From: Phoronis australis
Taxonomy: Eukaryota > Animalia > Phoronida
Length of the DNA: 64,000 nt
Reading direction: 5' to 3'
NCBI GenBank assembly: GCA_002633005.1
Contig: NMRA01000180.1
Coordinates: forward strand, 619,955-683,954
Of the stretch, positions 12,563 to 24,200 are shown piece by piece; the first letter of the stretch is position 1, and every line of letters starts with the position of its first letter. The position numbers were made by a program, and so were the translations under genes. The notes below the pieces were generated by a model, which saw only the letters and a list, made by a program, of their open reading frames with translations, ran no database searches and was not told the DNA's origin.

Positions 12563-14730
12563 CTTTTTTGAATAAGTAAATATTTTATTTCTCAAAAGAA
12601 GGAAAGTAACAGCAAATGGTAACTAATAACTATCCAGTAATGGAAAAGGTAGAACAGTCACACACCATTCATGTATACACCCACGCACTCTTAATGTACA
12701 TGTTACTTACAAAACTATACATGTGCAAGTAAATATATGTCTAAGTATTTACAGAGGGCTTCCCAAAAGGTCAAAATCAGGAGTTTTTTAAAACTGATGA
12801 TCAGGTTTCGTCTAACGTTGTTGTAATGATACAAGGAATATAATTTGTTTTCAAATGTAGGCTTGCTGTGATCCAAACATTATTGAAATATAAAGTACTG
12901 GCATAAAAATAGTACAGTATTAATCTCTTCAAAATTAGGTCCAAAATACGCGTTTAAAATGTTAGTCTTCACCAAATCTATGGTTTGTTTTGTTACATTA
13001 CTTAACAAAGCTTGAACTATGGACCACAGCGCCTGTACAAGTGAGCAATCATAAAACAAATGATCAAAAGTTTTGACAGCATTACAGGACAAACAACTAT
13101 CATTTCTTATAATCTTCATCTTTTTCAAGAGATACTTTGTGTAAAGTCTTTTAAACAGTACTGATATTTAAAAGTTTTAACTTTGGGAAAGAGTACAAGT
13201 CTTAATGGCAAATCATAAATCTTTCCAATTTGTTGTTCTGAATAAATTTCACTTAATCTGTATTCTACATCAGGTTGTGAAATCGTTTTATATAAAAAGT
13301 ACTTTTAGTTAATTGTGTATTAATCTGGCTGTACTGAAAGTCGTCCAATGAATTTGTCTTGGAAGTGTTCATTCCATTAGGTAACTTAAGTGCCTTCATC
13401 AAAGCATAGTATTGTAACCAACTAAATAATTTGTACCTTTGTTTCATAACTTCCCAAGACAAAAACATGTTTTGAACATCTAATATATCGTTTACATAAA
13501 CTATACCAGCCTTGTAGAACCCACTGAAAAACACAGATTTGCCATCAACCAAAATGTTTCTGTTGTTCCACATGACCTGTCTAATAATATCAATTTCGCT
13601 GTGTAAGACAACGCTAACATTTTCCCATGCATTCAACAAGTCACAATAAAAGTTGGTGGTGTCATCCAAACGCAACAACTTGACAGAAAAATTGGATTTA
13701 AAAAGCAATGCACACCCATACCTCCTAAAAAGGAAATTTGGAAAGGCTTTCCAGTATTTGTTATATTCTTATACATAACGCTGAACCCATTTTACTAACA
13801 ATGAGTTATAGGTAACGTTTATATCTGGTACTGCCAAGCCACCATCTGCACGGGTATTTACTGTCACAATTCTCTTCACACTAGGGGTCTTATTTTGCCA
13901 AACAAAATTGGATATCAAAGAATTAATCTGTTCTCTACGAGCAGTATTTATACCCGAATTATTGATGACATAAAATAATTTTAGATAAGGCGAAAGTTTT
14001 TACAACGTCAATTCTGCCCAAGAAACTAATATTGCGTCTTTTCCAAAAGCCCAAAGTTTTCTTAAAATTTTTAACTTTAAAATCATAATTTAATTGATCA
14101 TTTTCCTGTTTATTGTGGCCAAAAAAACCCTAAGCACTTGATTGACCTGCCAGTACATTTAACCCCGTGCAATGGCTTGGAACAAGCTTTTTCTCTTCCA
14201 AGATACAGAACTTCACATTTTTTTATCCAAAAATTGAAGACAATTAAATCCTGAAACTTCATCGTCTAAAAATATTGTTGTGTCATCCGCATCTGGACAA
14301 GCTTTATTTCAGTATTAGCAATTTTAATTCCTGAAATAACATCACTTGATCTGATATAATTTGCCATAACCTCAACTGCTAAGCAAAACAAGGGGCCAGA
14401 GACAGTGACTCTCCCTGTCGCACTCCACGTTGGAGGGGAAAATATAGTAAAACTTTTGTTGATTACGCAAGCCATCGGGCTCTTATAAATTATTTGGATC
14501 CATTTTCTGAAAACAAAGCCAAATTTAAATGAGTTCAAAGATTTTGAAAGAAAGTCCCATGAAAATGCATCGAATGCTTTACAAAAATCTAAGAAAAGGA
14601 TACTGCCTTGACAATTTTGACTTTTGGTATAGGAAATTATGTCTTGTATAATACGGATGTCACATCCAATGCATCTACCTTATACTCCCGTTTGATTTTC
14701 ATGGACTAACTTATCAATAACACTATTACT
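12563..14730 (-). mobile_element. Decayed, 5'-truncated L1/Tx1-type LINE ORF2 (reverse transcriptase plus C-terminal zinc knuckle)
   Basis: Minus-strand motifs ILFLDFCKAFDAFSWDFL (~14600-14550), FKFGFVFRKWIQIIY, PLFCLAVEVMANYIR, IRQVMWNNRNI and CLSCNAVKTFDHLFYDC. AATAAA plus a short A-run at the 3' end (~12563-12590). Frameshifted. Confidence 0.9.
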
Positions 14731-15851
14731 AACTTAGTTATCAGTGTAGTTAGTAGTATCAATTACCTGCAGCTACAATTGTTCTTGTTGTTGCCCATCT
14801 ATAACGGATAGGTTGGGGCTGGAGCGTGAGCTGGGGGGGGGGGGTGGGGTTCGATTAAACCACCGAACCCCCCGGGTCTGTTCAATACAAACCCAAGATA
14901 AATGTCCTCTTTTATTCAATGCTTGAGTATGTTAAGGCATAGAACTATGGTTCACGCGAACATGATTATCTAATCCTAGTTCCATAGCTGCTGATGTTGT
15001 ATTCACTTCTGACTGGTTGTCTGATTATTCTAGATGTTGTGAGTCCCCATATGGTCAGTCAACTATTGTGTAAAACTATTCAGTGTTTGACCTAGTTTCT
15101 GGCATGTTGGGTACATGACAAGGTGCAAGGGATCACTTTCATGTAAGTTTCTCTATGCTCTTTGATAGTTTGTTATGGGTGTCATTACCTTGTAGTATTA
15201 TATGTATTGTTTTGGAGACGATCAGAAGCTGAGGACGCCTGTGGGTAGACTGTGCTGGATGTCTGGTATCAGATGCCTAGTAACTACCTTGTAGGCCTAC
15301 CTACAAAGTGTCCACAAGCATTAATCCTGTATCAACCTCAATTAATGTTTAAACGTCGTATTGCCAGTGTTGTAACGTACTGACAATAAATGAATGTAAA
15401 GCTTGCTTCGAGTATTATGGTTCACTGGCAGGCTGCCTTGCACTATAAGCTGGTCTCATAATTTCGATTTTCTTACTCGAAATCTCTAGTTTTTTATCGA
15501 GAATAGAGGTTACCAAGTGCACACTTAAAACTCTTCTGTTGGAACCATGGCGTACTACTCTAGCACAGGAGTTCAAATGACAAAAAATTTCGAGTTCGAT
15601 TTCGAGTACAAGTAGTCCCCGGGCCCAGATACCTTTTGAAACAACTGTGAAGGAAGAATATTCTGTAAATTTCTTTGAAAACCGTTGATCGCGAAAACCG
15701 CGAGCAAAGCCAACACACATGAGTAGCATTGGAATGTGATGTTCATATAACCCGGCCGAGTTTATCGTCTAGATGATGACTCGCTTTCGTGTTTCGTCAG
15801 TTTTAAGATTTAATTGTAAAAGGATAATTTTTATGTTCATCCGACTTATAC

Positions 15852-16003
15852 CAGCCTCCCGTTCAGTAACGCTAGGACCTCGCTTAAAAGCAAGACTTCG
15901 CGAGATTACGTGAGGTATTGCCGTGTTTGAAAACACGTGATTTTTTCTAAATTTTATCTAGGTCCAAAAGCGTAGGTCCTAGCGCTACTGAACGCACGCC
16001 CGG
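15852..16003. mobile_element. Short MITE (GTTCAGTAACGCTAGGACCT termini), copy 1
   Basis: Inverted termini cgttcagtaacgctaggacct / aggtcctagcgctactgaacg. Reverse-complement copy at 20401-20546 and a more diverged one at ~22555-22710. Confidence 0.7.
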
Positions 16004-16531
16004 TTTACATGCTGGCTAACACGCTAGCACTTTCACTAGCAACAAAGACGCCAGTAACGTACGTACAGCCTGCGAGGGTCACTTTTGCTGCTGCTTTGCT
16101 GGAGGTTTGAGTTACACCGAAACTACTGGCGGTTTTCGCTATTCTATAGGATGAAGTGAGCGTTGAAAGTGCAAGTGTTTTAGCCAGACAGAGGAGTTGT
16201 GCGAGGGTCATTATAGCAAGCAGTTTACTGAGTTCGTTTGTTTCCCCCCATCACCCGAATCGCTTATAAGCCCAAATTAATATTAATACACGTTCCCTCT
16301 CGGCTGCCATCGCGACAAAGGCCTTTTCTTCTTGCCCATCTTTGTCCTTTGAGGTAAGTGATTTGGCCATAAAATTGATAGCGCCGAAAAACGCCAACAG
16401 TTTTGGAGTAACCCAAACCTCCAGCAAAGAGTCAGCAAAAGTGACCCTTACGACCTTTCACATTACTGACGTGTTTGCTCCCAGCGAAAGTGCCAGTGAA
16501 AACGCTAACATTTTAGCCTGCATGTGAACCA
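16001..16531. mobile_element. MITE with ~150-bp imperfect terminal inverted repeats (Harbinger-like GGTTTACATGC end)
   Basis: 16001-16150 is the reverse complement of ~16375-16531. This explains why ORFs 16005..16211(-) and 16342..16527(+) share SFGVTQTSSKxxAKVTL. Confidence 0.7.
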
Positions 16532-18199
16532 AGTATTAGATGCAAGTCTCTTCAGCATAGCATTGTTAACACTTTACGAATCTGTTCTCGCTCAAACACG
16601 ACCCAGTCGCTCAATAAATTCTTACACTCGCGACGTGATGAGAGCCGGTCCGACGGTATTAGACTACTCGTGGGATAAAACTAAACAGAGTTGAGCTGTC
16701 TCAAACATGCAATATGAACTCAAATTTTTTATTTTCATATTGCATGAATCTCGTCTTTATTACTAAAATTAGCAATTTTTCAGCGCATCATTTGCCATGT
16801 CATATATTCATACGCGTTGTTTGAGACTTGACACTGACAGGTTTTCCTTTCAAGGAGTAAAAGCCGCGGACGACGCCGGGAAGAACTAGTTTGTGATCTG
16901 TTTTTAAATCAAAAAAGTCCTTGTCAGCTTGGTAAATATCGGGAGCGTAAAAAGTTGTTGAGCGACTGGGTCGCGTTTGCGTTTCTCGCTTCACCAAACT
17001 AAGGTGCAAATTTCAGTGAAACGAGACCCAAATGTCGCCCTTTACTGCCTCAAGTGATCAAGTCCGAGCGTCCTTTGCATCTATGTTTTGCCAACAGAGA
17101 TCCAATGTCTATCCCAGAAAATTCCTCTAACTATTAGTTCCGACAGAAATCAGTTGTAAACGTTTTTTCACATCTACAGCTGACGACTGAGTGAAGATTG
17201 CATCAAGTGTTTAAGTCCGTCTCAGTATTAACAATATGATATCAGTTTTACACCTTTATTTCATTTTGATGAGTGGTCTAGATTTTAGTCCCGTTTAGAC
17301 ATCAACTTTGGGCCCGGCGCAACTGATTGTCGGTGGGCCAGATCTCACAGCAATCATCCTTGTGAGTACTTTAGGGGGGCAACCTAGTTCTTTCTATGTG
17401 GGTAGATGTGGTACACCCATCAATCAAATTCCACTTGCACATTTTTTAAGAAGGTGTTGTTGTTGCAATAAATATTGTGCTCATACCTGTCACTTGATGG
17501 CGTTTTTCTACTAAATTGACCAATCAGAGAGACAGATTGTATTGTTGTGCTTAATAACTTCAACATGGCAGCTCCCATGGAGTGTGATGCTTGTATAATC
17601 CACGGTTTATCAAACAGCACTAAATTGTGACAACCAGCACTTGGGGAAGCTTAGAGAAGCATTCTGACGAAAGGTGATGGACAGGGCAACTCTCTGGATC
17701 ATTTTAGATGGAAAAGAAGAGGTGTCACAAACGCTTGTGCCGAAAACAGCTGCATTGTCCAACGGGACATGTCCATGTAGCTATACTGGTGTAGAAGTCT
17801 AAGTGTTAGACCAAAAATTGGAAGGACATAGAAACGAATAGCAACGTTTCAAGACACCAGCAGTAGCACTTAAGCGGAAGCTGCTGAAAGTGACATAGAT
17901 GTAAATTGTTATCCCAGATTTCCTCAAAAAATCAATTATACTTCCAAAATCTGAAACACCAAATTAACCTGTACAAGATTGGAACACTCTGACACATGAG
18001 TACACCATTTAGTGACCCTGCCATTTAGCAGTGTCTCTTTATGCTTATTGACCGGGATCGGTGTCATTGACCCAAATCTCTTTGTTATGGATTTGTGACA
18101 TACACCGGTGTACACGAATGCACGATTTGTTTTGAAAAACGTTGCTGTTTTCAGACGTTTGTAGTTGACGAACTTACCTACCGAATACCGAAAACCAAC

Positions 18200-18222
18200 A
18201 TGACAAGCACCAAGGATAAGGG
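18200..18222 (+). CDS. LOX-A putative exon 1 (MTSTKDKG)
   Basis: aacATG context and a GG|GTAAGG donor in phase 2, which matches the exon 2 acceptor. Confidence 0.55.
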
Positions 18223-21200
18223 GTAAGGAATTTTGCCTAGTATACTTCTAAGTGCAAACGAAACAGAGAAAGGTGGCTGACAAATTTAAAAATCGAGTAT
18301 GAGACAGAATAGAACAACTGAAACAGACTAAATAGCCGCTGCTCCTTTAACGTTGTTCTTCAACGCCGTTGGAAAGTACGACTCTGATCGGAATGTTTGG
18401 TCGTATGTCATTTCAGCATATCTAGCCTAAACTATTTATTCCGTCTCATGGTGCTATTGCTATTGTTGTTGTTGTTGTTGATTCGAAAATGCGAGGCGTG
18501 AAAGTACAAACCTTGTCAAGTATTGCTCAGCTTATTCGCTTCCTTGTACCAAGACTACGCTTTTCCATCAAAGCGAAAGTTTCCGAAAATGCTATGCGCT
18601 CTGGGAGTTTGTTGGTTGCGGAAGTGAATCATCACAAAGGGGTTTACTTTTAATTTCAATCAGCGATATCATGACTCTTATCATAATTTCCAAAACCCAT
18701 AGGCGTAACTACATGTATTTGCATGCTCCTAACTGTGCTAATGTATAGCAGGAACTAAACGACTATGTTATTTTAAAGTAATCTACGATAAACAAAGTGC
18801 AGTAGTATTTATTGACAATTTGTAAATGTGAAAACAAAAAATTCGCCATATAGGTGACATTTACACTAATAACGTACCTCGCGGGCTCACATAGCCGTGT
18901 TGCACCACGTCACAATACTTACTGGACTCGTTTCAGTGATTTGCGGCGGATGATTTCGCCACAAAACTCGTTCTCAAAAACATTTGGCAATTTTCAACCT
19001 ATTTCATATTCACATTGATGTGTTTCTAATTTGACCAAGGAATCACAGAGATATGGATTTAGCGTGCAAGTTCCACTTTAAGGCCGTTATCCGCTTTTTG
19101 TATTTTCTGAGTAAAGCACCGTTCACCTGCATGAATTAACCACTTGGAATTTTAGCTTCCCCTCTCTGTTGTCCTATGTCACAATGCATTCTTGGACAGA
19201 TGGAAATGTTTCCACTGATGGCTTCAGGCATTCGGAACAAATAACGTGTGCACACCATTATTTCAGTGGACCAGTTTACACCGCAGAAGTGTACACAACG
19301 GACGAAAAGGAATGGAAAAGAACAGGGACAGATAACAATGTCTACCTGTCCTTATGTGGTGAGAACACGCGTTGTCATAGGTTTGCGAATTTTTGACAAA
19401 TCCTTTAATAAAACTAGAAGTGAAAAAGCTAATAGTCACTCGTCCTGTGCTGCATTCCTAAACGCACGGTACTCGCGACACACTTGTGGCAAGAAATCTC
19501 GGCAAGTACCAATGTATTTACGACCTTTTCTTATCATCCTTGCTGAGTGGCCATTTCGGTGGCGATCTTCTGTAAGATCCCGATTGTACTCGCGAAATTA
19601 TTTTCATTGCTTTCACGTGATTTTGCGTGATCTTGTGTGGTATCACCGAACTGAAAAGAAGTTGTTGGAAAAAAACGCATTGTAGGTATGACTGACGTAG
19701 TTATCGAAAGGTTACGCCGCTAACTAGCACACTTCTGATCCGAATCGATAGCGATTCAAAACGATCACTCGGCCTGTCATCTGTATGGAAACTTTGCAAC
19801 CCACTATTGTTGGCGTTAAAATGACAGAAGATAACTAATTGATGAGCACGGCACCAGACAAGAGTCAGGCAGGTGCCCTACGGATGCACAGCAACCTATC
19901 TAAATATTACACAAGCACTGTAGAGTTGTGGTATTTCGGGATGTGGCTACTGGTATATCACGATTTGCATTATCTGTGCACAGTAGGACTAAGCTTTTGT
20001 GACATGACATTTTTGTTGACTAACTCCCTCGCATTGTCAAAAAATCATAGCTAACAACGTTCGCCAAAGAAATTAATGTTGATTTAAAATATCTATGTTT
20101 TCAAAAGGTGTTCATGGGGTGACGGAGCGCGTTTTATTGGATAAAAGATGGCACGACGACTTGGAGGCAGGTTCGCGGGAACTCTACCAAATTAATGGCG
20201 GCGATGTCGGTGACCTTTTATATATGACATTAGAAAGAGAAGGACAAGATGATTGGCGTCTTGACAAGGTGAGGTGGCGAGTGTACGCTCCTAACCTTAT
20301 TTTGGTCCATTCTTTACGTCCTACTGATAACGCCATAACCATAATCATTTGATCAGCATACGTTGTACCAGACCGCCTGAGGAGTTAGAGGAGTTAGAAA
20401 CCTGGGGTGCGTTCAGTTAACGCTAGGACCTAGCTAAAATCTAGTCAAAGTCACGTGATCTCATTTGAAATACACGGAAATATCTTAGGTAAATTCGCGA
20501 AGTCTTGCTTTTTAGCGAGGTCCTAGAGTTACTAAACGGGAGGCTGATTCAAGGGTCTAACAGTGTGGCCCAGTGGGACTCGAACTCACGACCTCGAGTA
20601 AAGAAGGCGGGCACCAATCACATTGGGCCACACTGCCTCCTTCTGCGTGTATTCTCACTAGACATGTAGCTTTGAACATCTAGGTGGAATGATTAGTAAC
20701 TGAAATGCTTTTACTATCAAATTTTTAAAATTGACACTTTGTCTATGATAACGCCACTACTTTCATTGGCAGGTTATCATAACAAATAATGTTACTAACG
20801 TAACGACACTGTTTCCTGTGTATGCCTGGATAGAGGCCGTGATGAGAATTCGGCCTGGCAATGCTTTGTTACCGTTCCAAGAAATCAGCGACGAAACGAG
20901 GAAACTTCGTAAAGAGGAGATAAAGAGGCAAAAAGAGGTGTACCGGTACAAAGAAGGGAATGCCACTCGGCCTGGATACATTGAAATAAAGGCACACGAA
21001 AACCTGCCCAAATTTGTACGATTCTTTGATGCGAAACAATACGATATCCAGGTACGAAGTTTATGCATAACATAGGTTAACATGACCTCTTTATCCTTGA
21101 CCGAGACGAATAAGTTTGATGCTATAATAAATGTACACACAAAAGTATGATAATTGTCATTTAAAAAACAATTGCTCATGTACCTAATAGTCCTTATAAC

Positions 21201-24200
21201 TGAGGATGGTAAATGAGCAATTGTTTTTTAAAGCGACATTATTGTTTTTGCGGCCAAGAAACGCGTTGTTGGGACTGTTGTAGGACAGTATAGACTTTTG
21301 AAGTTATGATAACCAGAACAACAAAACCAGAAAAATCTGTTGTTTTTGTTACTACAAATCGTCAAGTCTCCCCGAAGTATGCCAGACAGTTGCTGAATTT
21401 TAGGCTGTTTCCTTAAACAGTTTAATACGCTCAAAATCACGCTCAACACATTCGTCATATAAGTGCATATAAGTAGAGCTTGAGAAACGTTTTTGGTGCC
21501 AAACTGGACCGTTCTCTTTTCTAACGGAATTTAAGGAACAGGACTGTTTTTCGATGGCATAAAACCATACAAGCGTATGCAGTGACGATCAAATTTCTTG
21601 GCCTACACTGTGACCATTCACCACTAACTTCAATGTCCAAAATATTCCAACGATTAGCCGGCGAATTTAATTTTTTATACTTGCTAAAGTTTCTTGTCAC
21701 TTCTCTAAACTTGAAGGAAACCCTTTTCCAAGAAACACACTTTTTTTAATCAATCGTATCAATCTGAATACTTTAAAAGCCAGGACGATTGAACATTTTC
21801 TCGACATCCTTCTTTCACTGCACTAATACTCAAAGACAAAGTTTGGCCACGCCTTGTCGCCAAAGGGGAATGCTGCAGCACGTTATTGTGATGTGTAAGA
21901 GCTGCTTATTGTATCACGTACTGCCAGACTGTATTAAGTGGATCGAGAACTAATTCTAGTGATCAAACAGAGCCTATAACATCAATAGGGCAATAGTAAG
22001 CCAGTAGACAAAGCAGGTGATCTGTCGTGTCGTTTTAACGACCTCTGCACCAGAGAGGCATGCGCGCGCGCGGGCGTGTGTGTGTACGTGCGCACGTAGG
22101 TGTGTACCGGAATAAATATTACAGCACAACTTTGATGTGGCCAAGAAGAAGTTTGGAATCAGCACATTGATAGAAAAACTGCACACGTGGGATAAGCCCG
22201 AGCATGTAGCGCATATTGGTATGAGGTAATACAGGAAGCGTTTTACAGTCACCCAAATCATTTGAAGCATTTATTGTTGGTTTTGCGGTACAGGATGACA
22301 GGTATTAAGTCACTTCATGCCAATTTTGAACGTGTTTTGGCCAATTAGCTGCATGAATAAAAAATCTATTTGCACATTTGTGATCAATATGATTAAAATC
22401 CCAAACAACCCCTTACTTGAAGATGAATGTTTGAGGTTCAACTATTAGATTGGAACCCAATGGCTTGATTTTTGATAGTGTTCATGAGTCGCTTATGACT
22501 CCGTGACCTAATTAGCGGAAGTGACGCTGTGGCCACATTTCAACATCGTCGGCCAGGGCAGAGTTCAAATACCGCTAAAACCTCGGTAGGAAAGCAACAA
22601 GACTTCACTAGAGTACGCGAGACATTGCCGTGTAGGGTACTTTAAATGAGAGCACGTGATTTTGACTACATTTGTAACCGCGTGACAGCTACTGAATTCA
22701 GTATCCAGGTCGCGTCAGCTGTATTACAAAAAGCGTAATGTTACCGTTGTATTCTTACTAAAAGTCGCCGAAAAACAAATCATGTGGTTACCACAGAAAC
22801 TTATGTACCCTTGTCAGGTTTTTGTGGTTAATTGTGTGGGAAGTACCCGATAGCCTGTCTCCCGTCATTTTGGGAGTTACAGACTCGGCAATGAANAATG
22901 ACGACGTTAAATTTTTCGCAGTTTGTCTATGTCCTCCAATATTGTTTTGAGAAAACACAACACTCATACCTTGGCCTATTTGCCTCACAGTTATTTGTCT
23001 ACATCTGCATTGAAACTTATAGACGCGCCTCCTCCCTTACTAATAATCGACGTCTGTGGTTCCTCGCCTCAGTGTTTTGTGCCTCTGTCTTCATGTATGT
23101 CTGTACATACTGATGATATCCGAAGATATCATTCAAGTAGAAAAATCTTCATCGACGTCGTAGTCGTCAGTATTGTCGTCGTTGTTGTTGTCGTAGTTCA
23201 ATCCGTAATTCCTGTCGACTTCCGGAAGCGAACCCTCTGCGTCAAGTTTGTTTCATGGGCGAATTAGATCAATTTGAAAACGTTGCACGTGCGCGTGATT
23301 ATGAGTTTGGATCCCTTGAGCAGTACTGAACCAGACCGAAGAGTTGCTGATTCCAACTATTGCAAACTAGTTTATTTGATCCTAACGGCCAGTATAATCG
23401 TAGCTGAAAACGTTTTTAATGGAAATCCACTACCGTTATAATTGTTCAAAACAAATTTATCTAGCTCGAATGACTGTCAACCTTGACATGACGTGTACGC
23501 AAACAGCGTGTAATAAAGATGACTCATTTTCCATGTGCTTTAATCCCCAGTCCTAAGTATTGTTTTTATGTGTGTTAAGGTTTACTTCTGGTGAAGATTT
23601 GGAGTTTCAACAATTTTATCTTGAGAAGTGGGACGATGATGTTGTATTCGGGACTATGGTTTTGAACGGACCAAATCCTGCCATGATCAGGAGATGTTCC
23701 AAACTTCCGGAGAACTTTCCGGTTACCAGTGACATGGTGAACAAATCTCTACAACGCAATCTTGCTCTGGAGGCCGAGATGAAGGTAGGGAAGTGTTCTG
23801 GTATAAGAATAGGTAATTTCTTCTCATTCCACCCATCTTTTGAAATTCATGTCTTTCCCCTTTTCTCTGAGGCCGTGAAAAATATGGCACAAATAATTCA
23901 AAGTATAGGCAATAGATGCAACTGTGTCTAAATTGTCATTCCCGGAAAATATTCTCTGTGAGGAAGAAGATTCACCAGTCTCGAAATGTGGCCGTCCTTT
24001 TAACCCTTAGTTATAATGTCTATTGGAAAATTGCTCTAAATCTATGTTCCTTACAGTAAATGTGTGTATCACGAATTTGGGCTATACATGTAGTTTGCTA
24101 CGTGTTCTCTGTATGTAAGGAGGACCCTGTGTCTTAAAACGATTTGTCACCATCAACAAACGTTTATCACGACACCTGTTATATATCTATCACTTGAACT

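Noticed and set aside
16005-16527. Two ORFs on opposite strands sharing SFGVTQTSSK..AKVTL, suggesting a gene pair
   Set aside because: Explained by the terminal inverted repeats of a MITE; not coding.
20561-20640. tRNA gene
   Set aside because: It has A/B-box-like motifs but no proper cloverleaf or anticodon arm, so it is treated as a SINE head.
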